From Podarcis tiliguerta (taxonomy: Eukaryota), in the NCBI GenBank assembly GCA_965153285.1, contig OZ229120.1: DNA of 64,000 nt. One strand, given 5' to 3'. Shown here one piece after another: positions 35,352-49,391 of the stretch. Position 1 is the stretch's first letter. Each line of letters begins with the position of its first letter. A program made the position numbers and the translations under genes. The notes under the pieces were generated by a model that was given only the letters and a program-made list of their open reading frames with translations, was not told the origin of the DNA and did not search any database.

Positions 35352-38300
35352 CTATTGCATAGGAAAAATTAAAAGTTAGTAAATACAGACTATCAAGTTC
35401 TTGCTTGGTTAAAAAAAATAATGCAAGAAATCAATATTACATTCTATGCATACCTAAAACACAAGGATTAGACTGCATATTACTTTCAGGTGAAAACCTG
35501 TAAGGAAATAATCAAAGCAACATGTGGAGGGGGGGGAAGGAATTTGATAACATTAAAATCTACAGAGGGAAACAGAAAGGAAGGAATGGGGATGAGCTCA
35601 CTGGTATTCTTTGTATGCATAAAGTCTAAGTTTCAATTCTTGGTATCTCCAGTTAAAAGTGAACTCATGTAGTAGGTACAAGAAAGATCCTCTGTCCAAC
35701 ACCTTGAGAAACTACTGCTGGTCATAGCAGATGATATTGGAACAGATGGACCAATTCTGCAGTATAGTGCAAGCCAGCTTTGTGTGCTCATAACTAACAT
35801 ATGCAATCAGCCGTATATCACCAGAGCATTAGCTAATTTTTTTTAACTGTCTTTCACATAATGAAAACACACAAACCAGAAATCCTACCTCTTCCCCCAG
35901 AGTTCCTTATCTACAAAGCAGTAAGTGTTAACAGCAGTCTTTTTAGATTCTGTTCATAATGATGCAGCAATTTCAGATCAGAATTCCAAACCAGAGACCA
36001 TTCATTTCATTGTTATAATAAAAATAAATATCATGACCATTATTGGTTTTCAAATGTAGCAACTGCTGCCTTAAATGTGTACATTCATTGTATGATGCAC
36101 ATCCCTTAATAGGGAGAACATCCCCAGACATCTCTCCCTAGTAGACCTAGGTTTGCAGTAGATCTTACTCTTGGTTGAGTCTAGAAACACAGCCAACCTG
36201 TCTAGGATATCAAGAGAGGTAGCCACAGAAATGGCACAACTTGCCACTGCTAACAGAAAAAGGATCAAGTGTCATCTCTGCAGTCACAGAAACAAAAGGA
36301 AATTGCAACAAAAATGTGCACGGACTGTTTGAGTAGCATTAAGCTGTGTTTGCAAGGTCTGTAAGATTTGTTGTTACATAATGTCCACAGTGTTAATTGC
36401 ACAAAAAATTGTTCTAGATTTAAAGCACTGAGGGGTCAGTTAGACCCTCTTACCATGTACTTTACATTATGGAATAGGCTTCATTTCAATTATTTATGCA
36501 TGGAAAGTAGCATGGTTTTGTTACTTGCAAATGGTGCCACTCTGAATACTTTCCAACAGATATTCTATTTGTACAACTTTCTTGGAGTACATTTGACTGC
36601 AAATGCACCTCCGACCCCTTTTGACCCTGATCCAGTCAAATTTTCCACTGATGGTAGATTAGATTGCTCTGCGAAAACATTTCTATGCTTAGTGCTGTGC
36701 AGAAAATAGAGCATTGTGAAACATAGATAAGGCAGAAGGTGGTAAGCAGTTTTAAAAACTGAGTAGAATTTTTTTATTTGTTTAAATCTTAAGTTTTTCT
36801 AATTGACAAATTGTACAATTTGTCTCCCAGTTTCAAAAAAGCTACCTACGTCAAGATTTTTGCAATATGCACATTTAAATTAAATGTATTAATCTTTAGT
36901 GTACCGAGGCTACATTTAATCAATTTAACATCAGATCATTAATCATCTGATTTTTAATCTAGCTAAAATAATCTTTATGCATACATATATGTACGATAAT
37001 TTTTCAGTGATCTTCAGCTGCACATAGGAACAAGCATTCCTCAGCAGGGCACTGGCTTCACTCATGTACATAAACAATATTACATATGGTGGAAGGCGGG
37101 GAAGAGGAAGAAACCCATTCAACCTGTAGAACCTTGTTTCATGTTGCTGTTTATGACCACAGCTTGAGTCAGAGCGTGAACATTTGGTACCAACCTCTTT
37201 TGCTGCATTTTTACTGTTCTGTTTTGGCTGGAACCATTTTCTTTTATAATTGCATATTATATTATTGTAATCTGCCCTGCTGCCTTATGGTGAAGGGCGG
37301 ATAAGAAATCTTACCAAAAAACAAATAAAGACATTTACACCTAACAAGTAGAATTCTTTTTGCTGCTCACCCTCCCCCAAGCTAGACATTATATGTAAGT
37401 ACACAGGTCAAAAAGTATTTTAACCCGTCAGAAATAATAAAAAACCATTACTGGAGCATGAGCTATACAACTGAAGAAACTCAAAATAGCATCAAGACCG
37501 GGTGGAATTATTTTATGTAGGCTGATTCAATACAAATGTTGTAAATATGTTTAAATGAAGCCTCCCCTAAAGAGTTAACATGCATTTAGGAACTGTATGA
37601 TAAACCACTACAAATCATATTGGCATACATTTAAGAAAGTCATCTATGTACTTTTAGATGTTTTATGAAAATAACCAATCAATTCTGCAGACACAACATT
37701 ATTTCTAAAGGAAATCTGTGTGCATATNNNNNNNNNNNNNNNNNNNNNNNNNNNNNNNNNNNNNNNNNNNNNNNNNNNNNNNNNNNNNNNNNNNNNNNNN
37801 NNNNNNNNNNNNNNNNNNNNNNNNNNNNNNNNNNNNNNNNNNNNNNNNNNNNNNNNNNNNNNNNNNNNNNNNNNNNNNNNNNNNNNNNNNNNNNNNNNNC
37901 ATATTTTCAACACTTCACTAAAAAGTAACTGAAGAGTGTAAAATGAAAAATACTCTGTGCAGTTAGCTGGTAATGGACCATATTATCAACTCAAGTTAGA
38001 TTTATATGATACAAACTAATCACTAATAGTTATTTTATGACATGGCATGTCTGCTTCCGGGGGGGGGGGTGGCTTTAAGATTAAAACTGTAAAACTTTTA
38101 ACGCCACTGCTCAATATTTCTTGAAGAAGAAGAAACACACAAAATTTCAAGTTACTGTTTTCCAAGATGCTTTTTCAAAATGTGTAACTCAGCAGTCCAA
38201 TCCAGGGACCTGTTTGTGTGTTTCAATGTCCGGAAATAGTCCCGTAAGTTGCCTTTTTGGCTGCAAGAATCATGCAATATTATAGTATAAATGCAAAAAG

Positions 38301-39305
38301 AGCCTTGCAAAGCATTCCACCAAACACCTATGACAGTCCACTAAGAGCCTGATAAACCTCCTATTTCTACCCAAGACTGCAAAAACAGAAGGCTGGTAGC
38401 AGCAGCATTAGGGTGTGGTAAAACACAAGTTGTAAGAAATGTATTTGCTATGGAAGTTGTAACCAGTTAGCATTGAAGTGATAAATATGTAATTAAACTT
38501 ATAAATATTAGATATTGCGCTAAATTCTAGGTTCTCCATAAGTATTTCTGTTGTTAGACACTGAGTTTATTATGCTGATAGTGAAATTTCTCACTGCTTT
38601 TGCAAATCTAAAATGCACTTTTGCATCAATTCCATTTTAAACACAATTCATGATTTAAATAAATACAACTGATATTTTAGAAATTCATGCTTCTACATGA
38701 ATCTTTTTGAGGTTAATGCAGATTGCTAATCTTGCCATCCATACTGCTCTAAATGTATCCCTTCTGCTAAAATGTAGCTATTACTGTCTCCTACTTGCTC
38801 CCTTTCTAATTTTGACCGACATGTTTTCCAGTTCAACACAACTGTGGTCAGAAGCGTCTATTGATCAGATTCAACACATATAACAAAAGAAACTGGTCTG
38901 GATGAAATATACATTTTGTTCAATGAATGTCTATTGTCTACAATCAAAGAAATCTTTAAAATTATGTTTTGTTAACAGTGAGGAACTGAATAATTTAATC
39001 TATCTTTGGAAGTAACTTTTCAATGGCCCTTCTATCCAAGACATAATCCAAAAATGACCTACCAAGCTATGAGCTATTTCCTCCCACATATACTATGTGG
39101 GTATGCTCCAGTAACTCTGAAATTGAAGAGGAGAAGGGAAGGGACATCAGATTAGTATTTAAAGAAAGAAAAGCTTGTGGCATTAAGGGAAAAGTTGCCA
39201 TATGGAAGAAAATAAAATGGAAATATATTAACAGTAACTGTTTTCGTCCATTAACTATTACAAATTGTAAGCAAATAAAAGTACTGAATGTTCTAAAACA
39301 GATAA

Positions 39306-39783
39306 AGCATCTTAAAAAGCAGAGACATCACCTTGCCGACAAAGGTCTGTATAGTTAAAGCTATGGTTTTCCCAGTAGTGATGTATGGAAGTGAGAGCTG
39401 GACCATAAAGAAGGCGGATCGCCGAAGAATTGATGCTTTTGAATTATGGTGCTGGAGGAAACTCTTGAGAGTCCTATGGACTGCAAGAAGATCAAACCTC
39501 TTCATTCTTAAGGAAATCAGCCCTGAGTGCTCACTGGAAGGACAGGTCCTGAAGCTGAGGCTCCAATACTTTGGCCACCTCATGAGAAAAGAAGACTCCC
39601 TGGAAAAGACCCTGATGTTGGGAAAGATGGAGGGCACAAGGAGAAGGGGACGACAGAGGACAAGATGGTTGGACACTGTTCTTGAAGCTACCAACATGAG
39701 TTTGACCAAACTGCAGGAGGCAGTGGAAGACAGGAGTGCCTGGCATCCATGGGGTCACGAAGAGTTGAGCACGACTAAACGAC
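39306..39783 (+). mobile_element. BovB (RTE) LINE 3' fragment
   Basis: TKVCIVKAMVFPVVMYGSESWTIKKADRRRIDAFELWCWR..LRLQYFGHLMR..RRRGRQRTRWLD; ends ggggtcacgaagagttgagcacgactaaacgac. Confidence 0.96.
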
Positions 39784-39789
39784 AAAAAT

Positions 39790-40870
39790 AAGCATAAGAA
39801 GGGACATTTCCACATTGCACAAGGAGAGGATCTTTGATTACCATTGATCCCCACACTGCAACTCCCCCCAATTCCAGGATTGGAATTGGGACATTGATGA
39901 GGCATTGTGGAACTCCTGGATCTTTCAGTGCAATCTCATCTGGATCTGTAGTCTGTTGAAGTGTGGTCTATTATATTGTTGTCACAGACAAAAGGACTGA
40001 TGTTGTTTATCTTTGTGTTCATCCTTCTTGACAGGAAGCATCTTTTGTTTATCCCTTATCTCAAAAAGGACTTTTTTGAGCGGGTCCCCATAAAGCTTTC
40101 CCCCACTGAATGCGGAATTGGCCAGGTGCCCTTGGGATCCTGCATCTACATCCCAGTTGCCAGATACTGCAGAGCCAGATATTACATTGCCAAGATGTTC
40201 ACTATCACTGCTCTTGGAAGGGTGGCACAATGGAGAGCTTCTTTAAGCCATCTACAATGTGTTTGGGTACATCCGCCCTGGAGGTGAGATCATTGGCCTA
40301 CAGGATGCTTATTCTAGCCGTAACAGTTCTGCCTCAAAATCCAAGTGGCACCACTTCTACTCACTTGTCACAAGCATTCCTTGGTCCTCCTTTGCTTTCA
40401 GACAGGATAATCGCAGTTTAGGATAAAGTTGCTACTGGCACACCCACAATTAGGGTAGCCAATTGGCCCATAATATTAGTTGGGAAGAGGTAGTGTCTAT
40501 TCACCAGCTTGCATGATGGTTTGTGTTTTTCCAGTGTGGTCTGCTCAGTGTTCCGCAGCTTTTGGAATGAATCTGGGAAAGGCAGGGTAGCCAGACGTGG
40601 CGGTCCATCCAGAAAGGCAGATTTGGCGGCTTTGGTTGCCGCTGTAGCTTTTGCCTCAGTTTCCATGGGTTGTTCCTCAGGGAGTTCCAGGACTCTCCTT
40701 GCTTTGGCTACCAGAGCAGGAAAAATTTATGACTGAAGAAGCCTACACTTCAGGGGTGGTGCTTTCAACTCTTCTGCAAACAGCTCCTTATCATTTGAGG
40801 CCAATGAGGGCTCAGAATCCGAAAAAAATGCCCAGGGTGACTGCCCTCTAGGATCCCTTAGGGAAAAGGG
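39790..40870 (-). mobile_element. DIRS1-type tyrosine-recombinase retrotransposon remnant (gag-like ORF1, possibly start of RT)
   Basis: Broken frames LPFPDSFQKL..RHYLFP..VGVPVATLS and NWDVDAGSQGHLANSAFSGGKLYGDPLKKVL resemble vertebrate DIRS ORF1 (LAP2alpha-like) motifs, i.e. W..D..SK..L...PF.G..LFG..L. Confidence 0.72.
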
Positions 40871-41384
40871 CAGAATCCAGATCTTCATGACAGAGAATTC
40901 CTACAATTTATTTTCATGCCTCAGTAATTAAATTATTTTGTTAAAACAGTGCATGTAGTTCTTAAAATACCGTATTGCAAGTACAAGAGTGAAATATGAT
41001 TCACCACATTTCTCTGAAACGTTATGACTGGTTTTTACAAGATGTAGCTGGAAGCTTTACATTGACATACTTCATAAAGCCAAATCCTCCAAGTGCCCTG
41101 GAAATGTGAGGTGCAGTAATGCGAATGTGGCTTGTGCCATTAGAGTGCTTTGAAATATGAGTACTCCTCATGAATATTAAGGTCTGTCATATGCCACAGA
41201 TTCCCTTCGAAACAGTTGACTTCACAGAGACTAGATATATGCTCTAGTTTTAAAAATATGCTTAAGTACTTTGCTGAACCAGTCATTAACTTGCAAAGTT
41301 GTCCACTTGCAAATAACTTTTTAAAAAGTGCTCCATTTTTTACCTTGTTGAAAGTAAAAGCAATATAGAAATTAAATTACGTTG

Positions 41385-41640
41385 AACTCTTCCAAAAGTT
41401 TCAGCCAGGCACCTAAATGCAAAGATTATTGGGACCTGCCAAATTGTTCTGGAACAGGCATCCCAAAGCAGAGCTGCCACTACAGAGAAGGCTCCATCCC
41501 TGGTAGCTGTGAAGTCCCCCTCCAAAGGTTGGGGCACAAAGAGCAGGTCCTCAAAATAAAATCTTATCAGGCAGATTCATATGGAGAGTATATAACAAGG
41601 GTGCTTGTAGCTCTGACCATGCAATGAAAAAATATTTGGC
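41385..41640 (-). mobile_element. Degenerate L2 LINE C-terminal fragment
   Basis: DGAFSVVAALLWDACSRTIWQVPIIFAFRCLAET is similar to L2 RAFSVVAP.LWN.LP..IR.AP....FR..LKT. Confidence 0.7.
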
Positions 41641-44373
41641 CCCTGTAGGAGCCTGATCATGTCCTCAAACATCATACACACCTTCACCCCAACCTCAGGT
41701 TTCTGTGAGTGTCTGACAACTCTCCCTATACACTACATACTGTTTGTACAAATGCCATTACACATACCATGCAGCAATATTTGTTGTAGGCTGCAAAAGA
41801 AGATTAGTGAACTGTCCAAAAATAAAATATTTATTGATACAGAGTGCTTTTTCTGCAAAAGAGTGGTAGTTGCAACTCCTTTATCACATAGTTAGAAGAA
41901 CAGGAGAAAGCGAAATGAGGGAGAGTGGTGGAGCAGGGAGCACCAGATATGGGGCAACACTTGGCTATTCGGGACTCAAAAAATCTTTATGTGAATAATT
42001 GGGTAAAAATAAGCCATAACAGCCAGCACAAAAACAATGCCTTTCTTTTGTAGGATAGAGCAAACAGAATTTCCCTTGCAAGGACAGCAGGGGGCAAAGC
42101 ATATGAATTCCTGACCTATATACTACTATATGCAGGTCTCACTTCATAAACACCATGGGTTTTCTGGAAATTATTTAAGCAACCATTTGCATAATGAGTC
42201 AATGATCTCCATTCGCATAACGAGCCAATAGCTTCCATTGAGTCACAAGGGAAAAATTCTAATGCACTCCCAAACCATGGAATTTGTGGTGCTTATATCA
42301 AGGTTTGGGTATTAAATCTTGTGTTTGGATAAGTGAATTCTTGCATAGCCAGCACTTGTAATGCAGGACATGATTCCTCTGCCACCCTGATTCCTCTGCC
42401 ACCCTGCCGCCCAGCTTGACAGACTTTCCTAATTCTCTGTTAAGAAATGTGGAGATGATGTTTAATAAACAAAGACCAGCATCTTCTGTGCCATTTTTGT
42501 CTATTTTTGCTTTGGGGGGATGTTAACATTTGTTTCTGACAAGGGAAAGTGCATTTCCAAAGAGTGATTTCACATATGGCAGATATGCAGGTGGGACAGG
42601 AAATGCAAGTGCCTTGCAACTGTCTATTTTATATGAAGTTGCTCACCGTGGAACTATATTTCATGGGCTTTCCTTTGAAGGCATAATCGGGAATGTAAGA
42701 TCTCAATCATGTTGGGATAGCTTCCATGTTCCATGTAAGCTATTACTAGAAAGTACCCAAAATTGTAAGGACTGCACTCTTCAGACTAAGAAGGAGAAGC
42801 TGATCTGTGTGGATGGATAAATGACCCTCAGAATGTCAACCAATAATGGGAATAGAAGCCTGTGCTGGAATAGTGACTCCCCCAAGGCAAAAACAGATCC
42901 TCAAAAATGTTCAGAGAGGCCTGCACTATGCCCACCACCCTTACAAATTCCCTCCACCTCACATGATCAAGAGGAAAGTCCTTGCACTAGAAAGAGGCTC
43001 TTAATTTCGGTAGAACAAAATCTCTTGGTCCCAATCATACATACATGTCCATGCCTACCTCCCTTTCCAGGATTTTTCTTGACACTCACTGAGGATGTAA
43101 GGCAAATGTGATGGTATGTATAGACAACCCCAGAGGAGTTAAGGAAAAATGGTTAGAGCAAAAAAGTTAATTATCCTGATTTGTTTACTGATTTTACAAA
43201 AAACCACCCTAATGTAAAACATATTTTGTTCAACAACCAGAGTATTTTATGAACATGTGCTGTATAAGTTATGAAAGCTTTAGGAATATTTATACGTTTT
43301 AGGCAGGGAATTCAAAATCAACACATTATGGGCTGTACATTTCCAAATCAATCTACTCATCTAGCACAGCATGTGCTACGCTGTCGCATTGGTCCAACAT
43401 GTTGGTCCAATCCACAAAGCCTCAACTCCAAAATCCACAGTTGGACGATGCCTTTATCAGGACTAACCAAAATGTCACAAAAGTGTGGCAAGGAAGTTTC
43501 TTAAACTTATTTTATAAATACTCACAAACCACAATGACTTAAGGGCACATATCTTACACTTTCAGAGAAAGGTAAGAGTGCAGTCAGTTTGCTGTGGAAG
43601 AAAAGACAGGGCACTGTAGAGTTTTGCTTTTTTCAGGCAGGACAGAGGGTTGATTTGCATAATATTTTGTATATGAATTTATGAAAGCACCAGGAAAGCA
43701 CTGCCTAAGTAATCCAGGACCTGTATATAAACCATCTATTTCTTTTCATTTACTAAACAAAGTTTGTCACTGAATATTTCTAATTATGTCCTCAGCTAAT
43801 AAAGTGCATTATCACCTTTTCTGGGATGTCACTGAACATCTTAATTCCAAGCTCCTGTTTGAACTCAGTGCTTTGACAAGCACCATCACTACTCAAGGTC
43901 TGTATGAAGGAAGCTTCAAACTGCATATTATCACACATTGGAAAACTCAACATTTTATGAAGGGCCCCTGCTCATACTGACATCTTCCTATCATGTGTAA
44001 ATAAGGTTTGTAACCTTGACTTTAAAGCCCAGCCTTTCTACCTTTTTCTTTTTCCTAAACAAGTGACAAAGAACAAGGAAGCTGATTGAAGGGATCCATT
44101 ATGTATCAACTTAAAGAAAGGCAAAGTGATTGATGAAACTAGCAGTCACCTTCACTGCTATCTACTGCACCTGTATCCTTTTTGTCAAATGACCTGAAAA
44201 TCCTGCTGACACATTCACTACAAGGATACACTGTAGTTTTGAATACTTTTATTTGCCAGAGAGTCTTTAGGGACAGGTTTTTAGAGCCAAAATGAGATTT
44301 TCAGACTTTTTCGTCTAGTGTTCTCAAATCTCTCTCTCAAAAGATTATTGTACAAATCCATCTGGAAACAACA

Positions 44374-44492
44374 ACTAGTAGTGGCAGGTGAACTGCATCT
44401 CTACTAAAAGATTTCCTAACACTGAATAGTTTTGAATTATTCAGTGTTATGAAATCTTTTAGGAGAGATGCAGTTCACCTGCCACTACCAGT
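44374..44492. repeat. Near-perfect long inverted repeat (hairpin)
   Basis: Arms 44374-44428 and 44438-44492, 55 bp each with 3 mismatches, 9-nt spacer. Confidence 0.95.
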
Positions 44493-47400
44493 GGAATTAC
44501 TGTGTATGAAATTTAATTTGCTATTATTTAAATTGGGATTAAAGTTACACCCATGTCACTTTTCATACTGAATTTAGCTACACTTTTTGAAAAAAAAATC
44601 AGCCAACAAACTGTTAATCCTAAAATTGTGTGTCATTAATTCTAGGGTTGTCAAACAATTGATTTTTTATCATCTGGCTTTAATTATTTTTAAATTAATT
44701 TGCATTAAAACATAAATAAGGGCCTTTTCAAAGATAGCAAAGGAAGACCGCAGGGTGGTTTTTTTTGTTTTGTTCATAAAATTATAAGTTCCCTCTTACT
44801 GTTTGAAAGATTGGTCATTAATATTTTTCATCAATAGAATTGGAGTAATATAAACTTTCACTTTTTACTTTAACTTGCTAGAGTGAAAATGCTTTCAACA
44901 AGTTCAAATCTCAGCAGTATGGAAGAATATCCAAATGTATTACCTGGAAGATCCAAATGACATTGTCCTCCATCTTCATTCTTATGAAGACAGGGCACAG
45001 TGGTTTCACATATGAATTTAAAATAATCTGCTTAATTTCAATACAAAACTGAAAATAAAACCCATCCCTAAATTTCTCACTAGGGGCCTAGTATATTATT
45101 GTGACTCATACAGTGGAGTACCCTTCAAACTTATGCCCAACGATTAAATAGGAGGGCAAATTTTAATTAGTGATTAAAGGTGTAGTTGATTATTCACTGA
45201 GTAAGTCAGTTAAAACTTTCAGTTCTAATACTTGTATCATTAACCAGCTTCTTAAAATATTATTTTTCAAAATAACTATTTTCTTCTGTCTGTAACAGAA
45301 ACATACACACACACATAAGCTTTTAATAAAGCTTATACTGTTTTTGTACAGTGAATCTGGTAACAAGCATAAAATGATCTTTCTATTTTTATTTTTTTTA
45401 AATCCAGTTAGTATTAGGACACTTGAGAGGCAGGAAAATCTCCAAAGGAGCTGCTGTGCTCTGTNNNNNNNNNNNNNNNNNNNNNNNNNNNNNNNNNNNN
45501 NNNNNNNNNNNNNNNNNNNNNNNNNNNNNNNNNNNNNNNNNNNNNNNNNNNNNNNNNNNNNNNNNNNNNNNNNNNNNNNNNNNNNNNNNNNNNNNNNNNN
45601 NNNNNNNNNNNNNNNNNNNNNNNNNNNNNNNNNNNNNNNNNNNNNNNNNNNNNNNNNNNNNNNNNNNNNNNNNNNNNNNNNNNNNNNNNNNNNNNNNNNN
45701 NNNNNNNNNNNNNNNNNNNNNNNNNNNNNNNNNNNNNNNNNNNNNNNNNNNNNNNNNNNNNNNNNNNNNNNNNNNNNNNNNNNNNNNNNNNNNNNNNNNN
45801 NNNNNNNNNNNNAGCGGCTTAAATACCATTTCTTGGAGCTTTTAATGTCAAAATATTGTAAGAAACAGCATGTTGGCCCAGTTTTTGAGCCAACAATACT
45901 TGGGTTGATCTAAATATCAGTGATAACACCTACATTTTTGTGACTTATAGCATACATGAGACAGATTTGCCAGCTGTCATCTGCTTAGCAAAAATAATAA
46001 TTTTATCAAGCAAATCTATATTATGTTTACAATCCATTTCCACAGCAATAGCAGCATTGAGCTCATGGCTTTTCATATCATGGGCTACATAATCTTCAAA
46101 CAGCACTATATATTTTTCCTGGGATGATGCTACTGGATTATTAGGTTTTAAGCATCAATACTCCAATGTATCCCAGCATACAGATTTATTATCCTAAAGC
46201 ACCTCAACAACGATCGACAAAATGCAAATTCTTTCCATGGAGCCTGAGTTTAAAGGGTAATTTTCCACATCTTCTATTTATGATGTACAATTATTTTCTT
46301 TGCATCTATAAGCACAAACGCTTTCAACTTTTCTGAATCCTATGACACCTGACAAAAAACAAAATGTAACATATATGTCACCAATTTTAAGATGTCAGTT
46401 GCAAATGGCACTTTTAAAAAGACAGTGTTCTTCCCAGAATACCTTGGGATATTTTTGTCCCCCCTCCCCTGCAAAATCAGGATCTTTTCCATAATATCTG
46501 ATAACAGTACTATTCCATTTAACATGATACTTCTCTAGTCTTTTAATTAATCACTACCATGCATATCTTGCACCCTATCTACAAAACTGATATAGAAAAT
46601 AGCTATTCTACCTTCATTTATTATAGTAATAAACCACTACTACTGTGCACAAAAACAAAAAGCTCAAGTACAAAAATTCTTGAATCCCCATTTACATTCC
46701 TTTTACTATTTCCACCTTAAGTTTTACAACTACAACATCTACAGATAAAGGGTGGTTTTCAAATTTAATAAATAATAATAAAATACAGTAAGTAGGTAGA
46801 AGAAAGCAATTCACTCATGTAAGATTTAATGAAAGAATTAAGTGTGGTGTACCTTAGTTTAAGAAACCCACTCTGGCATAATGGCAATCATGGCTCTTTT
46901 TAAGTGTTGCCAGTGATCATAGTATTTTCTCAATATATCAATTGTGATTGCTGTATTTAGTATACTATCTTGTTAGACATTGTTGATAAAGAGATAGTAC
47001 AATAAAATGATGGCTGTACCATCCTCATGTTTAAGTAGCACAATTAGCAGCAGAGAAATGCAGTCCATTCATTANNNNNNNNNNNNNNNNNNNNNNNNNN
47101 NNNNNNNNNNNNNNNNNNNNNNNNNNNNNNNNNNNNNNNNNNNNNNNNNNNNNNNNNNNNNNNNNNNNNNNNNNNNNNNNNNNNNNNNNNNNNNNNNNNN
47201 NNNNNNNNNNNNNNNNNNNNNNAATTGAAATGAGCCTTTTGTCTGGCTGGGGCAGCCCCCTTTCAGTGGATGATTCTGATGAAAATTTTTAGGGTCAATG
47301 AATATGTCCCATGTCATGTCTGATAGCTGCTAAAGATGTGAGGAGGTAAATGTTACCTTAGAAAGATGTGATTGAAATTTTAAAGTGACTGGTTTTATTG

Positions 47401-49156
47401 ACAATATGTTAGATTTGTGATTGCCTAACAAAAACTATCCACAACCACTATCAGGCATGGTTAAAGCTATGTATGTGTATCATTTACATATTATACATGA
47501 AATCTTCAATGAATTTAAGTAAGGCAGTTATAAACATGAATAAACTAAGATATTTGAAGGAAGGAAGACAAAGCAATGATACTATTTTTAATTTTTTATA
47601 GATTTATGCTTCTTGTATACAGAGTTCTTACTTCAGTATTAAATCTTTAGCAAGAAATGTTGATAGGAATAACTTATTTCCGTAATAGTGTTTTCATATA
47701 TACAATATTTCCATACTACTCTTGGGCAGTTTCTTTTTCAACCATGTTTCATTGCTCAAATTTGGAAAACATTTGGTCTGCAGTCTCATGGAGATGAAAC
47801 TTGAAGGGTGCCAGTTGTATTAAAATGAGTAAATTTTTTAAATTATTATGAGCCTTGAGCAATTAGTTTCTGCATGTTTGCTATGGAGATGAAAATAATA
47901 ATTAGTGTTGCGTTAGGGAGATTGTCAAATGGAGTTGCAAGTGAAAAGTAATTCTTAATGTCCATTTCCTACAAGTATTTTGTAGAATTACCCCGTTCTT
48001 CTCCCTCATTTAGTGATTTTCTTTAACAGATATTCAGAAGGTACTATTCTAGATCAACTATCCCTAGAGAGGCTGGTGTGTTAAACCAGAACTCTTGAAT
48101 CTGTTATTCTACCTGAAGAGGGGTCTTTCTACTAAATAAGAGACTTACTTATTGCCAACTAGCTAGGAGTAATCATGCTCAGATCCAGTGGTGACTCAGC
48201 AACTGATTTCTGCAGAACATACATTTCTATTTCCTTCCTAGAGTTTTCATAGGCCTGCTGCCTTGTAAGAAGAAGAATCTTTATTTGCACCAGCCACTAG
48301 CCATAGCAATAAAATAAAATACAATGTACTGAAGATAGAGGTAAAAACTTAACCATACAAAATAGATTTTGGAGGTTTACATCAATAATCATATAATAGA
48401 TCTATTCTAATTGCCCCTGCTTAAAATTCTGCAGTTTTTGCTGTCATCTGGTTATCTTGATCTGCTAGAAGAAAGGACACAGTAGCAATGGTTGAGCGAC
48501 CTGGTATGGATAGTAGTAGAGGGATAATAACCTCACTCCTCAAATCTTTTTATAAAGACTGCAAGCTAGAAGCACATGAGCTGCTGATTCAATACTGCCA
48601 TCTCCACATGGACATTAGCATTTTTCCAGTGGAATTTTTTGAAATCGACCCTCAAGTACAGCTGAAGGCAGTATATTTAATCCTGTGCAAGTGAAAGCAC
48701 CTCTGTATTTTGGAATTGTAAAATTTTGTAAATAGGGTGCCAATGTATCAAAATGACTAGGTGGAAAATAATCGTATAATGGACAAAATTTCCTTATCGT
48801 GGCCTAATAAGTTTAAGGTCACCTGCTGAAACCTTTTTATTTCATTGAGATTTAACCTGGGATTAAGTTTTGTTTCCTATTTTTACTTTAAATTGTCTTA
48901 CCCTGCTCTTTATTCTAATATACTAAAAGGATCTTAGTAATCTGAACTGTTTATTGCCTTCTATATTGTCCTTTATGCATTTTTAAAATAAAACATTAAG
49001 CCCTGTGTTTCTTTTATAAAGAAAACCAGGGTATGAATAAATAAATATGACAACAACAGATGTATATTTGCAATTTTCCTACATCATGACCTACTTAAAG
49101 ACACAGCTGCCACAATTCTGCAATGAACAGCTATGCATTTAGGGAAAGCCTAAGTA

Positions 49157-49391
49157 CAGTTGTACCTTTGAAGTCAAATGGAATCCGTTGCGGAAGTCCG
49201 TTCGACTTCCAAAACATTCAGAAACCAACGTGCGGCTTCTGATTGACTGCAGGAACCTCCTGCAGCCAACTGGAAGCCCTGTTGGACGTTCAGCTTCCAA
49301 AAATAGTTTGCAAACAGGAACTTCTGGGTTTGCAGCATTTGGGAGCCAAAAAGTTTGAGAACTAAGCTGTTCAAAAACCAAGGTATGACTG
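49157..49391. mobile_element. Tigger-like MITE (third family, older)
   Basis: TA|CAGTTGTACCTTTG...CCAAGGTATGACTG|TA. Confidence 0.85.

Noticed and set aside
39333-39791. 152-aa ORF as a host gene
   Set aside because: C-terminus of the BovB ORF in a 5'-truncated copy
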